NCBI RefSeq assembly: GCF_963921235.1
Contig: NC_086108.1
Location: 16,244,001-16,308,000, forward strand
Reading direction: 5' to 3'
From: Mobula hypostoma
Lineage: Eukaryota
Length of the DNA: 64,000 nt
The position numbers were made by a program, and so were the translations under genes. How positions within the stretch are numbered: the first letter of the stretch is position 1; every line of letters starts with the position of its first letter. The notes under the pieces were generated by a model. The model was not told the DNA's origin. It saw only the letters and a program-made list of their open reading frames with translations, and searched no databases. Below are positions 37,900 to 50,479 of this stretch, piece by piece.

Positions 37900-38545
37900 T
37901 CAGTTCTTTGTGGAAACGGGACCTGCTCTCAGGGCCTTACAAATGGCCGCTTTTCGACATGCCAAGGATGCAGCCTGGAAGACTAGCGCGCCTTCAGGGT
38001 GCTGGATTTTCGTGGCTCTGGAGGTGGGTGGACTCGAGGCTGGTGCCGCTGTCTGATGTGTCACATGAGACGGAAGATTGTAAGCTGGCTGCGTGCCCAG
38101 AGGCTTGAGTTTTTCAGGCACAGAGCTCAGAAAAAGCAACGCAACAGACTTTTAACATCATAAATTGGCAAATTGTTTTGTTATGTCTCCCCTTTCGCTG
38201 TGAAATGGGGATACCCCTTTTACCCTTATTAGGGAGAGAGAGCCTGTGGTATGTCGAATACTGGGTGAACGAGTAATCTTGGGGTACTGCAAGTCTGTGT
38301 CTTTATTGATGCTTTGTTGCACACTTGAGTTCTCGGTGGGGGTGCTGATGCTTTTTTTGCTGGTGGGGGCTGGGTTTTTTTTTGCTTGCTGCTGCTTACG
38401 CGTGGAAGAGGGGAGTTGGGGGGGCTTTGGGGTTCTAACATTTAACTGTCATTCATTCTTTGGGGCACTCCTCTGTTTTCATGGATATTTGAAAAGAAAA
38501 GGAATTTCAGGATGTACACATTTCTCTTACATTAAATGTACCTAC
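37900..38545 (+). mobile_element. Non-coding retroposon (same 3' family as 53730-53980)
   Basis: gggttctaac...actgtcattcattctttgggg...gaatttcagg shared with 53860-53940. Confidence 0.6.
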
Positions 38546-40174
38546 TCAAATCTATGCCCAGCTACCAGTTACTGATTTTTAGCAAAGGATAAACTGACTG
38601 TTTCTTTCAATACTCCTTATATCACTTTCCAGAAATTCTAATTTTTGCACATCTGACAATGGCAATTGAGCTGGATATACAGTATATTGGACATAGGATA
38701 TCTTTCTCCTTTTTTATTTTTGGAACTGTGGCATTCTGCAAAACTAAAAACATTACTGATGAAAAGTAACATAATGAAACAGATACCATATCATGTACTA
38801 CTGAGTTGCACTGTCATGTCTATATAGGTGACATACCATTATATATTACTTCTGACCAATGCATTGAAAAAATAGGAAATTGGCCAAATGTTTAAGGAAA
38901 CCACTACTTGAAAATTTATTCCTTAATGTGAGGAATCAACGGATATTTGCCTCATCATAATTTACCTTTCATCAAGCATGGAATAGTAGGTCTGAACACA
39001 TCACTCTACGGCACTGCAGAGCTCTGCATATCCGAGCTGCACAACGATGACTTCAAACATCTAACACCAGCAGCACATACCATCAAATTTTTACTAAAAG
39101 ACATTTTGGAGTGCTGGCTTTTATACAACCAGTACCAACAATGACTACACAGAATACAAGAGATTCGCTTTCCTGAACATTCACTTGTCTATCACCAGCA
39201 TCTACAAAATGCAATGCAGTTACTCTCCTTAGTTATTCTGACAGCACGTCACAAATCTGCAACCTCTACAGCTGTGAACAACAGCAGCAACCTCATGGGC
39301 ACCTTGCTTCCTAAAGGTTCCCCTGCGAGTTATATAATCACTTCAATTATCACTGTTCCTTCAACTAGGTCTAAATCCTGGAACACCCTAATAGCACTGT
39401 AGATCTCAGTTGTTAAATGGCATGGCATGACACCATCTTCCCTTGTTCCCTGGGGAACTAGGCTGAAAATACATGCTGATCTTTCAGTGGCACCCATATT
39501 GACAGCAAGTGAATGAATGAAATAGAACAGGTTGTGAAAGATACCGCAAATCTAACAGACCACTTCGAACAAGGGCTCAAAAACCACAGAACCATCTCTT
39601 ATTTGATGTCACAATTTGAGTCAGTGGAAGCATTTTGACATATTCAATATGTTGTTAACAAAAATATAGGACAATTATATTTTTTGTGTGGCGTGCAACA
39701 ACATTTAATTATGGATACATCAATCAGGTAAGCTTTACATCAGCAAATTGAAACAAACTGTTTCCAAATATTAAAATAAAATTGAATGACGGTACCAATC
39801 TGTTGAAACAGATTACAAAAATGCAAATAAGGCATCTGGGAGAGCTAATAAATTCCACAATGATCCAACTATATCTAATCCCACCACATCTAGTTGTGAT
39901 TCTAGGTTGATTATCAAGTAGTTAACAACAGGAAAGACTCAAAGAATATTAACATCTTCACTGGCTGCTGAACGTAGCATGTAAGCAAAGGCTGAAGTAT
40001 TTGCATCTATATTCAGAAGTGCTGAGTAGGTGAGCCAGCTCCAGATGTTTCACCTTAAGTCACCTTCCAAGAAGCCAGTCTTCAGACAACTGAAGATTAA
40101 GAAATAGCTAAGAGCACTGGATGATGCAAAAACCTGGTACCAGACATCACATCTCACATCACAACAATCAGAGA

Positions 40175-40385
40175 GGAGGTACTAGAGCCTGAAGACAGAC
40201 ACATATACACACAGTTTTAGGAACAGCTTCTTCCCCTCCCCGTCAGACTTCTGAATGGACAGTAAATCCCTGAACACTACCTCAAATTTTTGCTCTCTTT
40301 TTGCACAACACACACGATCTATAAATATATCTACTGCAAAAACAAATTTCATGACATATTTCAGTCATAATAAAGCTGATTCTGA
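40175..40385 (+). mobile_element. Rex-type 3' end remnant
   Basis: aggaacagcttcttcccctc...tgaatggac; aataaagctgattctga tail. Confidence 0.6.
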
Positions 40386-41280
40386 CAGCTATGATCTTGA
40401 AGGCTTGTGCACATTCTACTATGGTTACAAAACTGACATTCACCTCATGTAGAAAAATTCATCACACACAAAAAGCTGCAAGGATGAATTCTGGTGAATT
40501 AGCACCCTGTCTATAATTAGTAAAATGAGATGGATTATACCAATGTGGTGACTTTACATTTTTCAGCAGTGTCCCTCATTATCATGATGCAACACTCCAA
40601 ATGTGATCTACTGTAACCAAAGACTTATGAAGTCTCAGCATTATATTGTTGTTTTTACATTCTAGTTCTCTCAAAATGAATTTAGTATTTCTGGGAGTTT
40701 AGATTACTTCTATGAAACAAATTTGTCATTTTATTATTACTGGTAGGTTACCCCCTTCTCTCTATGCTGGCCATCTCAACTCTCCACTCTCAGTCCTGGT
40801 ACAGAATTTCAATCCAGACTGTCCCAATTTCCTTTCTCCCACATGCTGCTTGACCTTATGAGTTTCCAGTAGACTGCACGTTGCATAAATTCCCCACTCT
40901 CTATGAAGGATCCACATTTGCCCATAGCAGTCATACTTTTCTATAATAGCTATGAAAGATGATAGTATGGTTTTGCATCTGTTGGGATTTATTCTCAAGT
41001 TCTTTTTTTTCTCTTGAAATTTATTTGGTAAACTTCACAAACTTCCCAAACCACAGGTCACAGTGTATTCTAGTAACTAAGAATTTTACTTAGATTTTAA
41101 CACCATCATTAATTTCCCTAACTTTAAAAAAAATTAAGCTGTTCTGCATGCATTGCAAATATCTGCTTTGCATGAACTGGATCAGCATCACAATCTTGTT
41201 GTATTGAGCAATAATAATAAAATTCTATTCCATTCTGTTCTAGTCATCAATGGCTGGACTACTTTTCCCAATACATTCCT

Positions 41281-44227
41281 TTAATGGAGTGCATGGAGTA
41301 AAGCCAGATCTAACATACAGAGAGGCTTTGAGGAAAGAGAAGCAGAATAAACAGTGTGAAGATAGTAAGGGAGAAGAGCTGAAATGTGTGTACCTCAATG
41401 GAAGAAGCATCAGGAACAAAGGTGATGAACTGAGAGCTTGGATACATACATGGAATTATGATGTAGTGGCCATTACAGAGACTTGGCTGGCACCAGGGCA
41501 GGAATGGATTCTCAATATTCCTGGATTTCAGTGCTTTAAAAGGGATAGAGAGGGCAGAAAAAGGGGAGGAGGGGTGGCATTACTGGTCAGGGATACTATT
41601 ACAGCTACAGAAAGGGTGGGTAACGTAGCAGGATCCTCTTTTGAGTCAATATGGGTGGAAGTCAGGAACAGGAAGGGAGCAGTTACTCTACTGGGGGTAT
41701 TCTATAGGCCCCCTGGTAGCAGCAGAGATACAGAGGAGCAGATTGGGAGGCAGATTTTGGAAAGGTGCAAAAATAACAGGGTTGTTATCATGGGTGACTT
41801 TAACTTCCCCAATATTGATTGGCACCTGATTAGTTCCAAGGGTTCAGATGGGGCAGAGTTTGTTAAGTGTGTCCAGGATGGATTCCTGTCACAGTATGTG
41901 GACAGGCTGACCGGGGAGAATGCCATACTAGATCTAGTACTAGGTAATGAACCGGGTCAGGTTACAGATCTCTCAGTGGGTGAGCATCTGGGGGACAGTG
42001 ACCACCGCTCCCTGGCCTTTAGCATTATCATGGAAAAGGATAGAATCAGAGAGGACAGGAACATTTTTAATTGGGGAAATTGGGGAAAATTATGAGGCTA
42101 TAAGGCTAGAACTTGCGGGTGTGAATTGGGATGATGTTTTTGCAGGGAAATGTACTATGGACATGTGGTCGATGTTTAGAGATCTCTTGCGGGATGCAAG
42201 GGATAAATTTGTCCTGGTGAGGAAGATAAAGAATGGTAGGGTGAAGGAACCATGGGTGACAAGTGAGGTGGAAAATCTAGTCAGGTGGAAGAAGGCAGCA
42301 TGCATGAGGTTTAGGAAGCAAGGATCAGATGGGTCTATTGAGGAATATAGGGAAGCAAGAAAGGAGCTTAAGAAGGGGCTGAGAAGAGCAAGAAGGGGGC
42401 ATGAGAAGGCCTTGGCGAGTAGGGTAAAGGAAAACCCCAAGGCATTCTTCAATTATGTGAAGAAAAAAAGGATGACAGGAGTGAAGGTAGGACCGATTAG
42501 AGATAAAGGTGGGAAGATGTGCCTGGAGGCTGTGGAAGTGAGCGAGGTCCTCAATGAATACTTCTCTTCGGTATTCACCAGAGGGAACTTGATGATGGTG
42601 AGGACAATATGAGTGAGGTTGATGTTCTGGAGCATATTGATATTAAGGGAGAGGAGGTGTTGCAGTTGTTAAAATACATTAAGACAGATAAGACCCCGGG
42701 ACCTGACGGAATATTCCCCAGGCTGCTCCACGAGGCGAGAGAAGAGATTGCTGAGCCTCTGGCTAGGATCTTTATGTCCTCGTTGTCCACGGGAATGGTA
42801 CCGGAGGATTGGAGGGAGGCGAATGTTGTCCCCTTGTTCAAAAAAGGTAGTAGGGATAGTTCGGGTAATTATAGACCAGTGAGCCTTACGTCTGTGGTAG
42901 GAAAGCTGTTGGAAAAGATTCTTAGCGATAGGATCTATAGACATTTAGAGAATCATGGTCTGATCAGGGACAGTCAGCATGGCTTTGTGAAGGGCAGATC
43001 GTGTCTAACAAGCCTGATAGAGTTCTTTGAGGAGGTGACCAGGGATATAGATCAGGGTAGTGCAGTGGATGTGATCTATATGGATTTTAGTAAGGCATTT
43101 GACAAGGTTCCACACGGTAGGCTTATTCAAAAAGTTAGAAGGCATGGGATCCAGGGAAGTTTGGCCAGGTGGATTCAGAATTGGCTTGCCTGCAGAAGGC
43201 AGAGGGTGGTGGTGGAGGGAGTACATTCAGATTGGAGGATTGTGACTAGTGTTGTCCCACAAGGATCTGTTCTGGGACCTCTACTTTTCGTGATTTTTAT
43301 TAACGACCTGGATGTGGGGGTAGAAGGGTGGGTTGGCAAGTTTGCAGACGACACGAAGGTTGGTGGTGTTGTAGATAGTGTAGAGGATTGTCAAAGATTG
43401 CAGAGAGACATCGATAGGATGCAGAAGTGGGCTGAGAAGTGGCAGATGGAGTTCAACCCGGAGAAGTGTGAGGTGGTACACTTTGGAAGGACAAACTCCA
43501 AGGCAGAGTACAAAGTAAATGGCAGGATACTTGGTAGTGTGGAGGAGCAGAGGGATCTCGGGGTACATGTCCACAGATCCCTGAAAGTTGCCTCACAGGT
43601 GGATAGGGTAGTTAAGAAAGCTTATGGGGTGTTAGCTTTCATAAGTCGAGGGATGGAGTTTAAGAGTCGCGATGTAATAATGCAGCTCTATAAAACTCTG
43701 GTTAGGCCACACTTGGAGTACTGTGTCCAGTTCTAGTCATCTCACTAAAGGAAGGATGTGGAAGGATTGGAAAGGGTACAGAGGAGATTTACCAGGATGC
43801 TGCCTGGTTTAGAAAGTATGCATCATGATCAGAGATTAAGGGAGCTAGGGCTTTACTCTTTGGAGAGAAGGAGGATGAGAGGAGACATGATAGAGGTATA
43901 CAAGATAATAAGAAGAATAGATAGAGTGGATAGCCAGCGCCTCTTCCCCAGGGCACCACTGCTCAATACAAGAGGACATGGCTTTAAGGTAAGAGGTGGG
44001 AAGTTCAAGGGGGATATTAGAGGAAGGTTTTTTACTCAGAGAGTGGTTGGTGCGTGGAATGCACTGCCTGAGTCAGTGGTGGAGGCAGATACACTAGTGA
44101 AGTTTAAGAGACTACTAGACAGGAATATGGAGGAATTTATGGTGGGGGCTTATATGGGAGGCAGGGTTTGAGGGTCGGCACAACATTGTGGGCCGAAGGG
44201 CCTGTATTGTGCTATACTGTTCTATGT
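41281..44227 (+). mobile_element. CR1 LINE ORF2 (5'-truncated, few disruptions)
   Basis: APE 41380-42090, RT 42609-43736 (QGSVLGP, FADDTK), C-terminus 43758-44171; 3' end ttctatgt. Confidence 0.96.
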
Positions 44228-45660
44228 ACTTCGCCATGTCTTCAACCTGAGCCTGAGGCTCCGGAGGGTTCCTGTGCTGTGGAAGACATCCTGCCTCGTC
44301 CCTGTGCCGAAGACGCCGTGCCCCAGCGGCCTCAATGACTACAGACCGGTGGCATTGACCTCCCACATCATGAAGACCCTGGAGAGACTTGTTCTGGAGC
44401 TGCTCCAGCCTATGGTCAGGCCACACTTAGATCCCCTCCAGTTCACCTACCAGCCCCCACTAGGAGTTGAGGATGCCATCGTCTACCTGCTGAACTGTGT
44501 CTAGGCCCACCTGGACAAGCCAGCGAGCACTGTGAGGGTCATGTTTTTTGACTTCTCCAGTGCGTTCAACACCATCCGCCCTGCTCTGCTGGGGAAGAAG
44601 CTGACAGCGATGCAGGTGGATGCTTTCCTGGTGTCATGGATTCTTGATTACCTGACTGGCAGACCACAGTACGTGTGCTTGCAACACTGTGTGTCCGACA
44701 GAGTGATCAGCAGCACTGGGGCTCCACAGGGGACTGTCTTGTCTCCCTTTCTCTTCACCATTTACACATCGGACTTCAACTGCTGCACAGAGTCTTGTCA
44801 TCTTCAGAAGTTTTCTGATGACTCTGCCATAGATGGATGCATCAGCAAGGGAGATGAGGCTGAGTACAGGGCTACGGTAGGAAACTTTGTCACATGGTGT
44901 GAGCAGAATTATCTGCAGCTTAATGTGAAAAAGACTAAGGAGCTGGTGGTAGACCTGAGGAGAGCTAAGGCACCGGTGACCCCTGTTTCCATCCAGGAGT
45001 CAGTGTGGACATGGTGGAGGATTACAAATACCTGGGGATACGAATTGACAATAAACTGGACTGGTCAAAGAACACTGAGGCTGTCTACAAGAAGGGTCAG
45101 AGCCGTCTCTATTTCCTGAGGAAACTGAGGTCCTTTAACATCTGCCAGACGATGCTGAGGATGTTCTACGAGTCTGTGGTGGCCAGTGCTATCATGTTTG
45201 CTGTTGTGTGCTGGGGCAGCAGGCTGAGGGTAGCAGACACCAACAGAATCAACAAACTCATTCGTAAGGCCAGTGATGTGGGGATGGAACTGGACTCTGT
45301 GACGGTGGTGTCTGAAAAGAGGTTGCTGTCCAAGTTGCATGCCATCTTGGACAATGTCTCCCATCCACTACATAATGTACTGGTGGAGCACAGGAGTACA
45401 TTCAGCCAGAGACTCATTCCACCGAGATGCAACACAGAGCATCGTAGGAAGTCATTCGTGCCTGTGGCCATCAAACTTTACAACTCCTCCCTTGGAGGGT
45501 CAGACACCCTGAGCCAATAGGCTGGTCCTGGTCTTATTTCCTGGCATAATTTACATATTACTATTTAAATATTTATGGTTTTATTACTATTTAATTATTT
45601 ATGGTGCAACTGTAACGAAAATCAATTTCCCCTGGGATCAATAAAGTATGACTATGACTA
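44228..45660 (+). mobile_element. Rex1/Babar LINE (5'-truncated)
   Basis: LNDYRPVALTS, FFDFSSAFNTI, PQGTVLSP, KFSDDS; aataaagtatgactatgacta tail. Confidence 0.93.
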
Positions 45661-46589
45661 AGGAACAAAGATTTTTTTTTTGCAAATGTTATTAAAGCAC
45701 AGAGGAGTCTAGAGTTTAGAGGGAAGCTATGCTAAACCTTTGTAAGACATTGGCTGGGCCATAGCTGGATGATTGTGTTGAGTTTGCACAGAAGAGATTC
45801 ATTAGGATGGCAGGCTTTTCCATTACACTTTTAAAAATGGAATATTTGCAGTCAAGTTCATGAATCAAAAATGGTCTTAATGAAGTTAATACAAGGATCA
45901 GTAATTAGAAAAGATTTGTTTCAAGGTAGCTTCCAAAGGGGTAGAATATCTGGTAAAATAGCAAGCCAAGTGTTTGTTGAATAGCAAACAGTTTGTGAGA
46001 GGAGAGTGAAAGCTTTTAATGCCAAGGTCCAATGAGATCATCAATATAATGACAAGCGAGTAATGTCAACATGGTGTTAATATCCTAATGGTATTAATTA
46101 TAGCTACCTCACAGATTTAAACGACACTGCTAGTGGATTTATTTAGGACTTAGGAGATCCGAAGAAGAAATGTTCCTCATTATGCTGATTAATTCCTTTA
46201 AAGAACTTTAAGATATTTGGCTCAATGACCTTTCTTTGTTTTTGATAATGATGTTCTGGTTTCTGGTCCTGATCAGCCTCAACTGAGCAACATCAATGCA
46301 GAAAGGCAACACAACTCCCTCACCACCGCCAACTGCTACTTAGTTCACTACAGTTCAATTATCAGGAAAGGCAAAGTAATTAACTATGTATCTGAAGTAG
46401 TGTTAAAATGCATTTTGGGTTCTTCACTAAAAATCCAAACTAAAGTCAAATATTTTCCCATTGTATTTTCCCTGCAGATGCTGGATATACATACACCAGG
46501 AGACAAATTTCCTCATGTACTAAAAAAAAAGCTTTCCAATAACTAACAATCAGAAATTTCTCTTCATTCTCTAATCCTTAAAACATATT

Positions 46590-46720
46590 TCCTTGACTCA
46601 GCCCAAAACATTAACTGTTTATTGTGTTCCATAGATGCTCCCTGACGTGCTGAGCTCCTCCAGCATTGTGTGTGCACTTCTCAAAAGTTCCAGCATCTGC
46701 AGAATTTTTTCTGTTTATGA
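46590..46720 (+). mobile_element. PLE terminus remnant
   Basis: agatgctccctgacgtgctgagctcctccagcattgtgtgtg...ttccagcatctgcaga. Confidence 0.7.
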
Positions 46721-47159
46721 TACTGCCTCTAAAAAATAAAGCAGGCAAAATGGAAATATCACCCACCTCTAAACCTTGCCCCATGTTATAAGCAAATCTG
46801 ATTTGGAAATATAGTATTGCAGCTACATCATTTAAAAGTCAAATGTCTGGAACTTCACTAGCAGAATATTCATCCCTTCAATAGTAGAAATTTAAGATAT
46901 ACCATACACACAAATTTACGTAGTTACCAGCAGTCGATAAACACTGGCCTTACCAGAAAATTCACATGATGTAAATGAGTAAAAAAAAAAGTAGCAGTTA
47001 AAACAGACGTGTGTGCTTCAGTTGACTACTTACCCTTTTAAAGGGTCAATAATTATTTTTACTTGCATCCAACGGCTTTCAAGTATAGAGGGATAGGAGG
47101 GAGACAGTGTAGAAGTAGTTAAATAGCAAAGTGAAATTAACTCTTTTCTAAGTACTTTG

Positions 47160-48105
47160 ATTCACCTTTGGAGAATTCCATGATTTTGACCCAGTGACAA
47201 TGAAGGAACAGCAATATGTTTCCAAGTCAGGTTGGTGAGTGACTTGGAGCAGGATTTCCAAGTGGTGGTATTCCCAGGTATCTACTGTTCTCGTCCTTCT
47301 AGATAGTAGTGGTCATGGGTCTGGAAGGTGCTGCCTTAGGAACTTTGGTGTGTTGTTGCAGTGCATCTTGTAGATAGTACACACTGCTGCAACTGTTCAT
47401 CAATGGTGGAGGGACTGGATGTTTGTGGGCTGCCTTGTGCTGGATGGTGTCAAGCTTTTTGAGTGTTGATGGAGCACTCATCCAGGTGAGTGGTGAGTAT
47501 TCCATTACACTCCTGACCTGAGCCTTGTAGATGGTGGACAGGCTTTGGGGAGTCCTAGCCTTTGACCTGCTCTGGTAGCCACGGTGTTTATATGGCTAGG
47601 CCAGTTCTATTTTCTGTGAATGGTAACTCTCAGGATGTTGACAGTAGGGGATTCAGTGATGGTGATACCACCAAATGTCAAGGGACGATGGTTAGAGCCT
47701 CTCTTATTGGGGATGGTATTTACGTGGCTCAAATGTTATTTGCCACTTGTCAGCCCAAGCCTGGATATTGTCCAGGTCCTGCTGCATTTGGGTATGAACT
47801 GCTTCACTATCTGAGGAGTCACGAATGGTATAGAACATTGTGCAGGTATTTTCAAACACCCCCACTTCTGACCTGAAGGAAGGTCAGTGATGAAGCAGCT
47901 GAAGATGATTGGTCCTTGGACACTTCCCTCAGGAACTCCTGCAGTGATGTCCTGAGGATGAGATGATTGGCCTCCAACCACCACAACCATCATCTTCCTT
48001 TGTGTCAGGTACAATTCCAACAGGCATAGGGTTTTCCCCCTAATTCCCATTGACTCAATCTTAGCTAGGGCACCTTGATGCCATACTCGGTCAAATGCTT
48101 GGCAA
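47160..48105 (-). mobile_element. Old CR1/L2-group LINE RT fragment
   Basis: AFDRVWHQG...AGVPEGSVQGPIIFSCFITDLP; MEYSPLTW. Confidence 0.8.
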
Positions 48106-48569
48106 ATCATAAACAGTAGACAGAAGTGGTCACTAGGATATCTCTAAAACAGTGAAACATATTCTGAGATAGGCTGGGATAGGATAATTCGACCTCAGAA
48201 AATGTGCAGTAAATTGACTGAGGACCAGTGGAAGGAAGTAGAGACAGAAGAAGTGGACCCAAGGATCACCAGAGGGTTAGCACTGGACCGCTTCTCTTCA
48301 ACTGATTCTAAGATAAAACTGTTTTATTCTAGGGAGCCGTTAGGCACATGTACTAGTCTGTCCAGTGTATGAATGAAGGTATCATGAGGAAAAATTTGTT
48401 TTCAGTGTATGGTTAGAGTTGAGGAATGCACTGCTAATGGAACAGGATAAGTACTGTACTGGAAAGAAGAACACTTGTAGGGCTCTGGAGAGGGGGGACA
48501 GTGCTGGCATTATCTTAATTGTTCTTACTTGGAGTCACAAAAGCTCAACCAGAAAAGTGGGCATTATCT

Positions 48570-49135
48570 AGTCTCACTCAAAAACTTCTATAGTTGCACC
48601 GTGGAGAGCTTTCTGACAGGTTGCATCACTGTCTGGTATGGAGGGGCTGCTGCACAGGACCAAAAGCTGCATAAGGTTGTAGATCTAGCCAGCTCCATTT
48701 TGGGCACTAGCCTACAAAGTACCCAGGACATGTTCAAGGAGCGATGTCTCAGAAAGGCAGCGTCCATTATTAAGGACCTCCAGCACCCAGGGCATGCCCC
48801 TTTTCTCACTGTAACCATCAGGTAGGAGATACAGAAGCCTAAAGGCACACAGTCAGCGATTTAGGAACAGCTTCTCCCCTCTGCCATCTGATTCCTAAAT
48901 GGACATTGAAGCTTTGGTCACTAACTCACTTTTTAAAAAATATACAGTATTTCTGTTTTTTGCACATTTAAAAAAAAATCTATTCAATATATGTAATTGA
49001 TTTACTTGTTTATTATGTTTTATTTTATTTATTATTATTTTTTCTCTCTGCTAGATTATGTATTGCATTGAACTGCTGCTAAGTTAACAAATTTCATGTC
49101 ACATGTTGGTGATAATAAACCTGATTCTGATTCTA
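48570..49135 (+). mobile_element. Rex/Babar 3' fragment
   Basis: NFYSCTVESFLTGCITVWYG...SIIKDLQHPGH; aataaacctgattctgattct tail. Confidence 0.85.
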
Positions 49136-49364
49136 AATCTGCTAACTTGAAATACCATGAAGATTAATTATAAAATCTATATGTACTCCCACATTTCCCT
49201 ACTTAGATTTATATACAGTAAAATTAAAATTATCCACTTTCCAACAATTCTGAAATCCTGATGGATTAAAATTGCTAAGTTTTCTTCCTACACCTGGTCC
49301 CATATTCTCTTCCTACTCCCGGAGGCATGAATTTCTGTGCTCTCTTCAGACATATGGGAGCACT

Positions 49365-49620
49365 GGAACACACTCAAAATGCAGGAAGAACTCAGCAGGT
49401 CAGGTAGCAACTATGGAAAAATAACTAATATTTCATGCTGAGACCCTTCTTCAGAACTGAGGTGGAAGGGGGAAGATATCAGAATAAAAAGGTGGGGGGT
49501 GGAAGATAGGCTAGATGGAAGGTGATAGGTGAAGCTAGATGGTGGGAAAGGTCAAGGGCTGGAGAAGAAATAATCTGATAGCAGAGGAGAGTGGATCATA
49601 AAAGAAAGGGAAGGAACTGC
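49365..49620 (-). mobile_element. PLE 3' remnant
   Basis: Reverse terminus plus purine-rich tract, similar to 56085-56490. Confidence 0.7.
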
Positions 49621-50479
49621 CCTTTTAAACTTACTTGACTACACAGTAAATATTATAATGCTACATAATGTCCAACAAAAACTAATTTAAAATACATTGT
49701 AAAATAATAAAACTGATATCCAAAGGTCTAAAGATCTGTTGGTCCAGCAAAAAGTCCTGGATCAGACTTTTACTGTAGTACCTTTAATCAGCGTGCATTC
49801 CTGAAGTGTTGGGCAGGAGCAAACAAAAATTGATGCCTGGCATGCAAGGTGCTCCGAGGGTAGGTGAAAAATATCATTCAGCAGTAAACTGCAGAAAGCG
49901 TCATTGAGGTAAGAGAGGATTCAAAAGCTTAGTACCATGTCAGTTGAAGTCACAGCAGTTATTAAGTTCAAGGAAACTCAAGAGTCTGCATGCAGGGCTG
50001 AAGGAGATTATAAAGAAATAGAAACAAAAGAACTGATAAGAATTTCAAACTTGACATGTTGCTTAACTTAGCACAGTGCAAATAGATGAAGAGTTAAAGA
50101 GAGTATGATATGGACAGCAGAATTTAGAATGCTATCAAGTTCGTACAGAGTAGAATAAAGGAAGTCATACCTGGAGTATATTGTAATGCTCAGTCTACAG
50201 ATAAGAAATTGCAGTGAACTTCAACAGCAGACACCCTGAGTTAAGCATAGAGTTTGGTAATACTATGGAGGTGAAAATAAGTAGTTCTATGATCTCACTT
50301 GATAAAGCTCAAATTTGGTGAAGCATTACACTGAGACTGCCAAGGACAAGTGCTTGTAACTCAAGCACAGTGTTTGTAATAGAGACTAAATGTGACTTCT
50401 TAATCTCTTGACATTTATTTAGAGGGAATTGCTGTGATGACAGAGTTGTGTGCTGTATCATGTAAATGCCAAGTGCACA

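Noticed and set aside
41250..44171. Active CR1 ORF2
   Set aside because: Frameshifts near 42090 and 42590, stops near 43735, and no ORF1
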